Source: Sphyrna mokarran
Taxonomy: Eukaryota
Length of the DNA stretch: 64,000 nucleotides
Assembly (NCBI GenBank): GCA_024679065.1
Contig: JAGIQG010000024.1
Location: 4,340,001-4,404,000, forward strand
Direction of reading: 5' to 3'
Under the pieces are notes generated by a model that was given only the letters and a program-made list of their open reading frames with translations, ran no database searches and was not told where the DNA came from. Position numbers and translations under genes: made by a program. This document shows, one piece after another, positions 1 to 12,764 of this stretch; within the stretch, counting starts at the first letter, position 1, and every line of letters starts with the position of its first letter.

Positions 1-1240
1 CCCTTTGAGACCAGGCGGCATCTTTATGAACTTTCTTTGCACTCTTTCCAAAGCTTCCATGCATTTCTGGTAGTGTGGTGACCAGAACTGCACGCAATAC
101 TCCAAACGCAGCTGAACCAATGTTTTATATAGTTGCAACACGATTTGCCAACTTTTGTAACTCAGGGTCCCGGGTGGTGAAGGCAAGCATGCCATATGCT
201 TTCTTAATCACCTTAGCCAGCTGTGTTGCTGCTTTCAGGGAATTGTGGACCTGCATGCCAGCTCCCTCTATGTTGATGTTCCAAGGGTTCCGCCATTTAC
301 AGTATAATTTTGATCCTCCAAATGCATCACCTCGCATTTGTCCGGATTAAATTCCATCTGCCATTTCTGTGTCCAAATCTCCAATCTATCTATATTTTGT
401 TGTATTTTCTGACAATCCCCAGCATTGCCAGCAACGCCACCAATCTTCATGTCATCCGCAAACTTACTAATCTGACCACCCATATTTTCCTCCAGATCAT
501 TTATATTTACAAACAAACAACAGAAATCTCAGCACTGATCCTTATGGAACACCATGAGCTACAGATTTCTATTCTGGAAAACACCCTTCCACCAGTACCC
601 TCTGCCTTCTATGACTAAGCCAGTTTTGTATCCACCTAGCCAACTTATCCGAATCCCATGCAATTTTAGTTTTTGTACCAGTCTGCCATGTGGGATCTTG
701 TTAAACACCTTACTGAAGCCCATGTAAACTAAATCCACAGCCCTTCCCTCATCAATTATCTTCATCACCTCTTCAAGAAACTCGATCAAGTTGGTGAGAT
801 ATGACCATCCCCTTATAAAACCATGCTGCCTGTCACTAACAAGTCCATTTTCTTCCAAATGTGCATATATCCTGTCCCTCAGTATCTTCTCCAAAAGCTT
901 CCCCATCACTGATGTCAGGCTTACCGGCTTGTAATACCTGGGTTATCCCTGCTTCCTTTCCTAAACAAGGGAACAACATTGGCTATTTTCTAATCCTCTG
1001 GAACTTTGCCTGTGGTCAAAGAGGATATGAAGATATCTGTTTAGATCCCAACTATTTCTTCCATTTTTGGTGCATGTAACCTGGGATAGGTCCCATATGG
1101 TCCTAGGGACTTGTCTACCTTGATGTAATTTAGGATACTCAAAGCTTTCTCTTTCAATATACACGTTCATACACCTATCCCTCCCTGACTTCAATATCTG
1201 CCATATCCTTATCCTTGATGAATACTGATACAAATAACAA
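1..1240 (-). mobile_element. CR1-type LINE ORF2 (reverse transcriptase) fragment, decayed
   Basis: Minus-strand ORFs read QHGFIRGWSYLTNLIEF...DFSKAF-like, INDL...ISKFADD and KWQMEFNPDKCEVMH, split by frameshifts. Confidence 0.9.
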
Positions 1241-1261
1241 AGAAAATTACAGCACAGGAGC

Positions 1262-1510
1262 AGAGTTTGCACACTCTCGCCATGTCTGCATGGGTTTCTC
1301 TGGATGCTCCGGTTTCCTCCCATAGTTAGGTGGATTGGCCATGTTAAATTGCCTCTTAGTATCCAAAGATGTGTAACTTAAATGGATTGGCCATGGTAAA
1401 TGTACAGGATTATAGGCAGAGGAGAGGGCCTGGGTAAGATACACTGTCAGAGAATCAGTGCAGACTCGATGGGCTGAATTGCCTCACCTACGTTGTACGG
1501 ATTCTATGAC
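1262..1510 (+). mobile_element. HE1/V-type shark SINE, 5'-truncated
   Basis: GAGTTTGCAC...TGGGTTTCTCTGGATGCTCCGGTTTCCTCCCA core, with a CR1-like tail ending ATTCTATGA. Confidence 0.75.
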
Positions 1511-1519
1511 TCCTTGTTA

Positions 1520-2920
1520 ACCATGATTTCCTAGAATTCTTCTTCCTTACTGGGATATACATTTTTTGAGAGTTATAGAGTCAAGAACTATTTACATAAA
1601 TGTCTGCTATTGCTGATCAACCATCTGCTAAACTCCTTTCTCAGTCTACCCCCACCAACCCTGCTCTTGAACCTGAACCCTGGCACTGGGCAGAAACACA
1701 GCCATCTGGACCATGGCTTCTTGTGATAGAGAATCACCTTCCCTATACTGTCCCTTATTACTGCTACCTTCTTATGTACTCTCCTCTGGAATGGCTTCCT
1801 ATACCACAGTAATCATGGCCAGTCAACTCATCCACCCAGACCCCACTCTCATCACTCCTGCTCTCTGGATCCTCCTACCCACCTCTGCTGTAGTCATACC
1901 CTCCTGTTCCTGACCACTTTCCAAACCAGAAGACACTATCCTAAGAGGCGTGACCACCTCCTGAAACAAAGCATCCAGGTAACTCTCTCCTTGATGTGAG
2001 ACAGTGTCTGCAGCTCAGCCTCCAGCTCGGTGACTCTGAGCCAAAAGTTCTCCAGCTGCAAACACTTACTGCAGATGCGTTTGCCTTGGATCACCCTGGT
2101 ATTTAGGAACTCCCACACGCTGCAGCCTTGACACATCACCTATCCTGCCATCCTTATGAACTTCAAAGTAATTATTTAATTAGTTTATTGGATTATTAAT
2201 TTTCTTTTAGGTATTAATTAATCTGATCACAAACTGCAGGACAAGTTCAAACCTTTGGAAAATAGACCTTGACCATTTATCAGAAATTCGCTGATACTCA
2301 CCAACAGTTCACCTCATCTCCAAACCTGCACATTCTACCCAATGCCACACTTTAAATTCATGCCCCTGATCTCTCTGCCCTTTTCATTCATTCTATCCTG
2401 GCCCCTCATATATTTTTACATTTCAATTAAATATCCCCTCAGCATTCTCTGTTCCGAGAACAGGCCCAGCCTATCCAATCTTTCTTCATCGCTGCAATTT
2501 TCCAGTCCTGGTAACATCCTTGTGAATCTCCTCAGAACCCTCCCCAGTGTAACGACAGCATTTTGATAATGAGGTGACCAGATCTGCACACATAGTACTC
2601 AAGTTGTGGCCTAACTAAAGTATTATATGATTTCAGCACAGCCTCCCTGCTCTTACATTCTATGTCTTGGTTAATAAATGAAAGAATTCAATCATGTATG
2701 CATTTGTAACAAGATGATTGGCAAAATGTGAGTATTTATTCCAGGGTTTCTCACTTCCTCTACATCTCTCAGTATTTTTCCTTGTGTATCTTTTGTCTTG
2801 TCTGATCTCTTCAAATGCATCACCTCATACCTTTCTGGGTTGAATTCCATTTGCCATGCTTCTGCCCACCAATCAGTCCATTAAGATCTTCCTTCAGTGC
2901 ACAGATATCCTGTTGACTTT
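1520..2920 (-). mobile_element. CR1-type LINE fragments (ORF1 zinc-finger/leucine-zipper piece and RT 3' piece)
   Basis: ORF 1936-2139 reads CQGC...ICSKCLQLE...LRVTELEAELQTL, typical of CR1 ORF1. 2330-2920 resembles the RT C-terminal sequence seen in other copies. Confidence 0.7.
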
Positions 2921-2926
2921 GAACCA

Positions 2927-3045
2927 TGATGTGGAGACGTCAGTGTTGGACTGGGACAGTAAGAAGTCTCAGAATACCAGGTTAAAGTCCAACAGGTTTA
3001 TTTGGTAGCACAAGCTTTTGGAGTGTCACTCCTTCTTCAGATGGG
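2927..3045 (-). mobile_element. Penelope-derived terminal-repeat fragment
   Basis: GGTTAAAGTCCAACAGGTTTATTTGGTAGC block, shared with copies at 5.7, 6.2, 14.2, 25.6, 29.7, 30.2 and 46.4 kb. Confidence 0.65.
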
Positions 3046-4249
3046 AGCAATACTTCTTACTATCAACCGTGCAGTCACCTTCTTGATCATTCACCCTAAA
3101 TTTACAACCAAATCATGAGTGCAAACTATAGTGACTCCTACATGGTTCAGCCAACTATAGGAGACACATGTATCAGAAACAGCACCATAAGCACAAGTTT
3201 CAAGCAGTAGTTTAAAAAACAGCTAAAATTACTCAAATGGGTTAACCCCAAAGTCAATTGCAAGTGTGTACTGTCCCCTTCCTGTGCAACACAAGTGAGA
3301 ATGCGAGGCTCAGAATTTTCATGGCCAAATCTTGAAGCTGTTTTGATGAGCTTGTGCCAGGATATTATATCCAATTCATTCCAGATTTTGAAAGCATTCA
3401 GCCAAGCAGCAGCAGCCCCAGTATTATTGACTGATTAACTAAGGATTTTATACTTGATTCATTTTTCAAATTAATTTAAATTGCTAACCCATTCTTGGAG
3501 GCATTTCTGGTTAGCAGGCCTACAAAGACTGCCTCAGGCAATGAGAATTATAGCCAACAAATGCACATTGGAATAAGATTGTGCAGTAGTGAGTGGCAGT
3601 CAGGATTGAGAGCAGTACAGGGATAAATAAATATTATATTAAATAAGAAAAAGTCTGTACTATAGTATGGGATAAGAGGGACCACTTTAGATTGCTTTAA
3701 TCACTGCTTTGCTGTAATGAAGAAAAAAAATAAAACTTTGGGGGTTAAAGGAAAATTAATTTATTAATGCAAATGAACATATACCACAACTCAAAGGACA
3801 AAGGAAGGTATATCTTTCCAATTACGACAGATCAGAGTTTTGTCTTCTTTCAGAGCATAAAAATGTCTACATTTTATTTCAAAACTGTATTGCTTGCCAC
3901 TGTGCAGCTGTTTCTGAGAGACACCTGTGGTTTCTCTCTAGGCAAGGAATGTAAAAAAAAATTCTATTTTTAAAATCAAAACAATTTAAATTTGTGTTTT
4001 TCTTCCCAGAGTTCTCTAGTTTGATTGACAAGTTTATAAATTGTTACAGAGCCATAGAGGGGAGATTTTCATGTCCTGCACACGGAGGGAATCATAGTGG
4101 GCGAGGGGCAGACTTTGAAAGATCCATCGACCTTGGGCAGGATTTTCAAGTTTTGGGGGTGAGGATGGCTGGAAAATCCAACCCATTGAGCTTTACAACA
4201 CGGAAAAAGGCCCTTTGGCCGATCATATCTGCACTGGCCATCAGGCACT

Positions 4250-5660
4250 ATCTATTCTAATCCCACAATATTCCAGATGCAGTCTCACCAAAACCTTGTA
4301 GAATCATAGCAAGACTTATTGCTCTCTAATTTACTGCATTCCTGTACACAAGCATATGCAATTCTCATTGAGCATCAAGTTTCTTATCTTTTAAAAGAAT
4401 CCTGATGATCAAAATCGACAACTTCACATTTGCCTATATTATACGCCATCTTCCATTCTGTTGTCCGTTCACCTCTTGTATTTATGGGCCATATTTTTCG
4501 GCTCTCTGCGGTATGTTTTCTGGCAGGAGAGGCAGCTTGCCATTGGCTGTCGGTGGGATCTTTCAGTTTTGCGATGTTTACGACATTTTGTATGACTCAC
4601 CTGTCCCACCACCGGTGAACCTGCCATAGTATGTTGCCTTCTGCAGGACTAAAAGGTCCTGCTGGTGGGAAGGGCCAGAGAATCTCACTCTGTATCTCTT
4701 TGCAGCCTCTCTGTGTCCTCCCATCAAATTACCTTTCCATTTAGCTTTGTACCATCAGCAAAATTAGATACGTTACTCAATGACTCTCCGTCTAAGTCAT
4801 TGTAAATAGCTGAGGCCCCAATACATAATATTGCAACATTCCACTGTTCACTGCCAACCAACTTGAAAAAGTTCTGCTAATGCCAAATCTGCTTTTTATC
4901 TGTTAACCAATCCTCTAACCATGTTAATATATTGCCTTAACTTTTGCCTCAATCTTTTGTGCAGCACTTTATTGAATGACTTTTGGAAATCCAAGTATTC
5001 TACATCCACTGATTTACATCAGTTTACATTATCAAAAACACTAATATATTTATCAAAAGGGACATTCCTTTCTTGTGGCCGTTTGTGGTAATGTTGGGTG
5101 TGTTTTTGTTTCTTGCTGCTTAAGGCACATCAAAGATAGTTAGAAATCATCTCTTCTCTAAAGCAAGTAATCCCCGGCTACCAGACTAATTGTGGCTCTT
5201 GCAGGACATTTTGCTATCCCTTTAATACATCATGTTGACTTGTCCTAATAATACAATGATTTTCTCATTGCATTGTTACGATTTCCTTATTAAGAGCTTC
5301 CAGTCTTTCCGAAAAACTAATGTTAGATAACTAACTCTGCTTTTATACCCCCCTCATTTCTTCAAAAGTGGTGTAACATTTGTCAACTTCTAATCTAATG
5401 GGACCATTCCTGAACCTAAGGAATTTTGGAAAACCATAACGAGGGCACATATTTGGGTGGAGTTACCGCACTGTTTGGATGAAATCATAAGATCCTGCCC
5501 AAGGCCAATGGAGATTTCCATTGTGGGACCTTCACCTGCGCTGATTCTGGGGTGGGGAACGGGTAGAGTTTGGGCCACTATCTCTGCAGTTATCTCTTTT
5601 AGAATCCTAAGTTATAAGCCATCAGGTCTTGTGGGTTTGTTGGATTTTAATCCTTAATGT
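4250..5660 (-). mobile_element. Old CR1-type LINE fragment interrupted by later insertions
   Basis: Degenerate antisense RT sequence (e.g. TTTTGGAAATCCAAGTA; GCCATCAGGTCTTGTGGGTTTGT). Confidence 0.6.
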
Positions 5661-5691
5661 TTTTCCAATATCTGATATGATTTTAATTTAA

Positions 5692-6309
5692 TAAGAAGTT
5701 TCACAATACCAGGTTAAAACCCAACAGGTTTATTTGATAGCAAGTGCCACTAGCTTTCAGAGCGCTGCTCCTTCATCAGATGAGCAAGAATTCTGTTCAC
5801 AAACAGGGCATATAAAGACACGGACTCAATTTACAAAATAATGGTTAGCATGTGAGTCTTTACAGCTAATCAAGTCTTAAAGGTACAGACAATGCGAGTG
5901 AAGCTGGTGTTGGGCGCCAGGAAGGAGTGCTTCAACCAGCATCCTGGGTTCATGTCACACTATCTGTAACCCCCACGACTTGTCTGAGCTTACAAAATAT
6001 CACTAACTGTCCTTTCAGGAGACAATACACATCTCTTTAACCTATGCTTAATGTTATCTCCACTCACATTGTCTCCACCTTTAAGATTTGATTAGCTATA
6101 AAGACTCAAATTCTAATCAGTATTCTGTAAATTGAATGCGTGCTTTTATATACCCTGTTTGTGATCAGAACTCCCCACTCACCTGATAAAGAGCAGCGTT
6201 CCAAAAGCTAGTGGTGTTTGCTACCAGATAAACCTGTTGGACTTTAACCTGGTGTTGTGAGACTTCTTACTGTGTTTACCCCAGTCCAATGATGGCATAT
6301 CCCCATCAT
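5692..6309. mobile_element. Penelope-like non-autonomous element with inverted terminal repeats and hammerhead motifs
   Basis: 5692-5900 is the reverse complement of ~6055-6270. The centre carries CTGGGTTCATGTCACACTA (LGFMSHY-like ORF end). Hammerhead cores lie at 5748-5782 (-) and ~6180-6213 (+). Confidence 0.75.
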
Positions 6310-6571
6310 GATATTAATTTAAAGCATAAAGAACTGGCATGGGCCTGATGGTCTGAATTGCCTGTTTCAACTGTATACTTGGAAAGACACATGATGTGTC
6401 GTAATCTACAAGGCTCTGGAACAGGAACTGGAAAATGAGATTATGCTGGATAATACTTTTTTGGTTGGCAGAGACATAATGGGCTGAATAGCCTCCTTTG
6501 GTGTGAGGAGGGTTGCAAAGGTTAACATCAGAAGCACACATGATGCTCATGTAATAATGATGTCAGATCAT

Positions 6572-7170
6572 TCGATTTGATTTGATTTGATTTAATGTCA
6601 CATGTATTCGGATACAATGCAAAGTATTATTTCTTGTGACCCAAACAGAAAAAGCATACAGTTCATGGAGAAGGAAAGGAGACTATGCAGAATGTATTAT
6701 CACAATCATAGTTACAGTGTAGAGAAAGATCAATTTAATACGAGGCAAGTCCATTCAAAAGTCTGATGGCAGCACTTTATTTCTCACATTTGATGTGAAC
6801 AGTAGATTTTGGCAGTTGCCTCTAGATAACAAATCCAGATTGCTGACCACATTTATAATACCATTCAGTCATTGATTTGATTTGATTTGATTTATTGTTG
6901 TCACACGCATTTACAGTGAAAAGAATTGTTTCTGCGTGCTATACAGACAAAACATACCATTCATAGAGAAGGAGAGAGTGCAGAATGTGGTGTTATAGTC
7001 ATAGTTCGGGTGTAGAGAAAGATCAATTTAATGCAAGGTTGGTCCATTCAAAAGTCTGAAGCAGCAGGGAAGAAACTGTTCTTGAGTCGGTTGGTATGTG
7101 ACCTCAGACTTTTGTATCCTTTTCCCAAAGGAAAAAGGTGAGAGAGAGTGCATGAAGTCTTTAATTAGGT
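6572..7170 (-). mobile_element. Two tandem 3' ends of a LINE with (TCAAA)n tail
   Basis: (TTTGA)n at 6576 and 6872, each followed by a similar ~200-bp sequence ending CCATTCAAAAGTCTGA. Confidence 0.65.
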
Positions 7171-7379
7171 TATTATTGTTTCAATAGGTTGCTCTTTCAA
7201 ATTGCATCTGCTCCAGAAATCTTCCAGAAGCCAACGGCCAGAATCTTATCAACATTCATGCAGGCGAGATTTTCCCATTCTGCTGCGGTAAACAGAGATT
7301 TGGTTGGCTGCCAAATTCTCCGACTGAGCTGCAGCGGGGGGCATGGCAAGAATGACGGGTAAAATCACACCCAATGTCT

Positions 7380-8670
7380 CAAACTCTAGATGTCATAGTG
7401 ATGTGACATATGAATGACATTCTTAGACATGGCTCCATGAGGAAGAGCACCACCACACAGTCAGAGCAGTTCTCGTGAGTTTTGCAGAATGCAGTTCTGA
7501 AATTGAGTGAAATATGTGATTTCATCAAACCCATGATCAGGATTCTAGATCACATGGTACAAGCCATTGGAATCACAGTTGATCCGCAAAAAAAATGAAA
7601 GTTATCAGAGAATTTCCACAACTCAGGAACATAACTGAGTTTCAGAGATTCCTCAGGATGGTCAACTAAGTAGGCAAGTTCCTACCAAATTGAACAGAAT
7701 TCAGCTATGAGAAGTTGTTGAGACTGGGTCGACAATGATGCTGTCATGTGGACAAGCAAAATCTTTTGAAAGGATTAAATAACTTTTAATCTCTTCTGAA
7801 ATTATAGCACTTTGCAGTCCAGAATTTCGACCGTAATAGCAGCAAATAAATTATCTACAGATCTGAGGCAGTTTTATTTCAACTGCACAGAGATAGCAAG
7901 CATTGATAAACTCTACTATGCCTCAAAGTCACTAATAGAAACAGAATACTGATACACGACAATAGAGAAAGAAGCATTGACAGCAATGTCAATGCAAAGT
8001 TTTTTTTGGATATTGTACAGGGTCACATTTCAAAATCAAAATAGACCATAAGCTGCTAGTCATCTTTCTGAACATGAAATATATTGCTAAAATGTCACCC
8101 AGTATCCAGCAGTTTAAATTAACATTGACGAGAGATATCTCCACCACAAACTACGTGCAAGGGAAGTATCAAAAACTGGTGAAGGGACATTGTTCCATGG
8201 GAAAGAAGGAAGCAAAGGATGCACGTTTCATTGGGGTGTTGAAGTATGTCCCACCCTGAATCACTCAGCACTTAGCAGCTGCTGCACAAATGTTGCAGGA
8301 AATAAAACACACTCAGCAACAAGATAAAAAACGATTCCAAATCTGAGAATATTACCTGGAAAGATAGCATGACTATATCTCAATTAATTCAATACTACAA
8401 CAGTGCTTTAAATAGTGCAATCTCACAGTCATCAATAATTTACTCATCTTCAATGAGACAATATCAAGAGAAATTTAGCTTGATATTCTTCAAAGACATT
8501 AGGGTCATTCAGGGATAGCAAAATGTCCTGCAAGAGCCACAATTAGTCTGGTAGCCGGGGATTACTTGCTTTAGAGAAGAGATGATTTCTAACTATCTTT
8601 GTTGTGCCTTAAGCAGCAAGAAACAAAAACACACCCAACATTACCACAAACGGCCACAAGAAAGGAAACA
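7380..8670 (+). mobile_element. Decayed Ty3/Gypsy pol (RT, RNase H, integrase zinc-binding part)
   Basis: Broken translations: HMNDIL (xxDD motif decayed), NITEFQRFLRMVN*VGKFLPN, YYASKSLIETEY*YTTIEKEAL, IDHKLLV and GHSGIAKCPARA...VW*PG. Confidence 0.8.
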
Positions 8671-8864
8671 CAGAGTGAGCAAGAACAGAGAACCAACTAG
8701 ACTGTGAACTTTATTTACAGGCATAGAGCACGAGTTCCCAGTGCTGAAGCCTGGGGAGTGAGTTCATGTCCGAGACAGAATGAAGGCACAATAACTGAAA
8801 AATCTCCAAAATCAAAATCATACAGGATCGAGACAGACTGATTATCATAAGAAGCATTGATATC

Positions 8865-9158
8865 AAAGTTTACTTATTAGTCAGAATAGGCTTACATTCA
8901 CACTGCAATAAAGTTACTGTGAAAATCTCCTAGTAGCCACACTCTGGAGCCTGTTTGCATACACTAAGGGAGAATTAGCATGACCAACACACTTAAATAG
9001 CACATTTTTGGACTGTTGGAGGAAACCGGAGCACCCAGAGAAAGTTAACACAGACACAAGGAAAATGTGCAGACTCCACGTAGACAATTACCCAAGCTGA
9101 GAATCAAACCTGGAGCTGTGAGGCAGTAGTGCTAACCATTGCGCCACCGTGCCGCCAT
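8865..9158 (-). mobile_element. tRNA-derived V-type shark SINE
   Basis: Antisense head GGCGGCACGGTGGCGCAATGGTTAGCACTACTGCCTCACAGC and core GGAGGAAACCGGAGCACCC. Related copies at ~13400-13650, 47780-47940 and 60210-60450. Confidence 0.8.
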
Positions 9159-9573
9159 TGGAGAAAAAGCCAATTTTCTACTATGCCTTGACTTCTGGCA
9201 GTGTTGGGTTTTCCCATATCCAGTGCCTGAGAGTATGGTGGAGGCAGATTAACTGAAAAGAATGTGCAGGACAGTGGCACCAGCTGAATTGCCCATTGGA
9301 GAACCAGCACCGACGATGATAGGAAGAATATACTACAACTTTTTTCTGACTTTTAACCAATCAGTCATTCTTTAAAAAATTTATTGTAATTTTGTAAGAT
9401 GGGACAGGAATCTTGCAAAGTCGGAATGTCTTTTCTTCAAAAAAAACAATTATTTCAAGAGCAATAATTTCAAGACAGTTCTATACTGTAGGGTTTCTAT
9501 GATTTCATATTGCAAAATTACCCGTGGTGCCTGATGCCTATAAGATGTCTGCATTGCCCTAAAGCTTTACGTG

Positions 9574-12571
9574 AATGCCCTATTGCTCAAACTAGTTTCA
9601 ATGCCCCATTGCTCAGACTGGGTTCAACGCCCTATTGCTCACACTGGGTTCAATGCCCCATTGCTCAGACTGGGTTCAACGCCCCATTGCTCAGACTGGG
9701 TTCAATGCCCTATTGCTCAGACTGGGTTCAACGCCCTATTGCTCAGACTGGGTTCAACGCCCTATTGCTCACACTGGGTTCAATGCCCCATTGCTCAGAC
9801 TGGGTTCAACGCCCTATTGCTCACACTGGGTTCAACGCCCCATTGCTCAGACTGGGTTCAACGCCCCATTGCTCAGACTGGGTTCAATGCCCCATTGCTC
9901 ACACTGGGTTCAATGCCCTATTGCTCACACTGGGTTCAATATACCATTGCTCAGACTGGGTTCAACGCCCTATTGCTCAGACTGGGTTCAATGCCCCATT
10001 GCTCAGACTGGGTTCAATGCCCCATTGCTCTCACTGGGTTCAATGCCCTATTGCTCACACTGGGTTCAATATACCATTGCTCATACTGGGTTCAATGCCC
10101 CATTGCTCAGACTCGGTTCAACGCCCCATTGCTCAGACTGGGTTCAACGCCCCATTGCTCAGACTGGGTTCAACGCCCCATTGCTCAGACTGGGTTCAAT
10201 GCCCTATTGCTCACACTGGGTTCAATGCCCTATTGCTCAGACTGGGTTCAATGCCCTATTGCTCACACTGGGTTCAATGCCCCATTGCTCAGACTGGGTT
10301 CAATGCCCTATTGCTCAGACTGGGTTCAATGCCCTATTGCTCAGACTGGGTTCAATGCCCCATTGCTCAGACTGGGTTCAATGCCCTATTGCTCACACTG
10401 GGTCAATGCCCCATTGCTCACACTGGGTCAATGCCCTATTGCTCACACTGGGTTCAATGCCCCATTGCTCTCATGGGTTCAATGCCCATTGCTCACAGGG
10501 TTCATGCCTATTGCTCACACTGGGTTCAATGCCCTATTGCTCACACTGGGTTCAATGCCCATGCTCAGACTGGGTCAATGCCCATTGCTCAGACTGGGTT
10601 CAATGCCCCATTGCTCACACTCGGTTCAATGCCCCATTGCTCACATGGTTCATGCCCCATTGCTCAGACGGGTTCAATGCCCCATTGCTCAGACTGGGTC
10701 AATGCCCCATTGCTCACACTGGGTTCAATGCCCCATTGCTCACACTGGTTCAATCCCTGCTCAGCGGCAATGCCCCATGCTCACACTGGTTCAATGCCCC
10801 ATGCTCAGACTGGGTTAACGCCCCATTGCTCAGACTGGGTTCAATGCCCTATTGCTCACATGGGTTCAATGTGACTGGGTTCAATGCCTATTGTCAGACT
10901 GGGTTCAATGCCCTAGCTCACACTGGGTCAATGCCCCATTGCCACACTGGGTTCAATGCCCTATTGCTCACACTGGGTTGTCAATGCCCCATTGCTCAAC
11001 TGGGTTCAATGCCCCATTGCTCACGGTTCAATGCCATGCTCAGACTGGGTTCAATGCCCCTTGCTCCACTGGGTTCAATGCCCCATTGCTCAGAGGTTCA
11101 ATGCCCCATTGCTCACACTGGGTTCAATGCCCCATTGCTCACACTGGGTTCAATGCCCCATTGCTCACACTGGGTTCAATGCCCCATTGCTCACACTGGG
11201 TTCAATGCCCCATTGCTCACACTGGGTTCAATGCCCCATTGCTCACACTGGGTTCAATGCCCCATTGCTCACACTGGGTTCAATGCCCCATTGCTCACAC
11301 TGGGTTCAATGCCCCATTGCTCACACTGGGTTCAATGCCCCATTGCTCACACTGGGTTCAATGCCCCATTGCTCACACTGGGTTCAATGCCCCATTGCTC
11401 ACACTGGGTTCAATGCCCCATTGCTCACACTGGGTTCAATGCCCCATTGCTCAGACTGGGTTCAATGCCCCATTGCTCACACTGGGTTCAATGCCCCATT
11501 GCTCACACTGGGTTCAATGCCCCATTGCTCACACTGGGTTCAATGCCCCATTGCTCACACTGGGTTCAATGCCCCATTGCTCACACTGGGTTCAATGCCC
11601 CATTGCTCACACTGGGTTCAATGCCCCATTGCTCACACTGGGTTCAATGCCCATTGCTCAACGGTTAGCCCCATTGTCACACTGGTCAATGCCCATTCTC
11701 ACATTTCCCCATTGCTCACTGGGTTCAATCCCATTGCTCACGGGTTCATGCCCCATTGCTCAACTGGGTTCAATGCCCATTGCTCACTGGTCAATGCCCC
11801 ATTGCTCACATGGGTTCAATGCCCCATTCTCACACTGGTCAATGCCCCATTATCACACTGGGTTCAATGCCCATTCTCACACTGGCATGCCATTCACATG
11901 GGTTCAATGCCCCATTGTCCACTGGGTTCAATGCCCCATTTCAACTGGGTCAATGCCCCATTGCTCCATGGGTTCAATGCCCATTGCTCACACTGGGTTC
12001 AATGCCCCATTGCTCACACTGGGTTCAATGCCCCATTGCTCACACTGGGTTCAATGCCCCATGCTCACACTGGGTTCAAGCCCCATTCTCATGGGTCAAT
12101 GCCCCATTACTCACACTGGGTTCAATGCCCCATTGCTCACACTGGGTTCAATGCCCCATTGCTCACACTGGGTTCAATGCCCCATTGCTCACTGGGTTCA
12201 ATGCCCATTCTCACTGGGTTCATGCCCATTGCTCACACTGGGTTCAATGCCCCATTGCTCACACTGGGTTCAAGCCCCATTGCTCACACTGGGTCAATGC
12301 CCATTGTCACTGGGTTCAATGCCCCATTGCTCACACTGGGTTCAATGCCCCATTGCTCACACTGGGTTCAATGCCCCATTGCTCACACTGGGTTCAATGC
12401 CCCATTACTCACACTGGGTTCAATGCCCCATTACTCACACTGGGTTCAATGCCCCATTGCTCACACTCGGTTCAATGCCCCATTACTCACACTGGGTTCA
12501 ATGCCCCATTGCTCACACTCGGTTCAATGCCCCATTACTCACACTCGGTTCAATGCCCTATTGCTCAAACT
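9574..12571. repeat. 26-bp tandem repeat (minisatellite), ~115 copies
   Basis: Unit TTCAATGCCCCATTGCTCACACTGGG with period 26 (e.g. 11101 to 11127). Variants are CAC/CAG, AAT/AAC and CCCC/CCCT. Confidence 0.98.
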
Positions 12572-12764
12572 TAGTACATTTGCCCAATTTCTCTATCTTG
12601 GAGTGCGTAACTTTAGGATAGCACCAACATCCCCAGAGGCGAGTCATAAAGATTCAACAATAATAAACAGAGGGGCAATTTATATTTTATCATAGCTGTA
12701 ACTTCAGAGATAAATTACCTATTATTATAATTATAAAATGAAGTGAATTAAAATTAAACATTGT

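Noticed and set aside
4056-7375. Short elements with GATTTT...AAAATC ends (~4056-4180, 4487-4690, 7237-7373) as MITEs
   Set aside because: Plausible, but the termini are too degenerate to define TIRs or TSDs by eye, so they are not reported as features.
9574-12571. CRISPR-like array
   Set aside because: The units are contiguous with no unique spacers, the context is eukaryotic, and there are no cas genes.
9510-12695. Six long ORFs (272-677 aa) in the ORF track
   Set aside because: The 26-bp unit has no stop codon in any + frame, so all frames stay open and cycle through the same peptide. There is no evidence of a gene.
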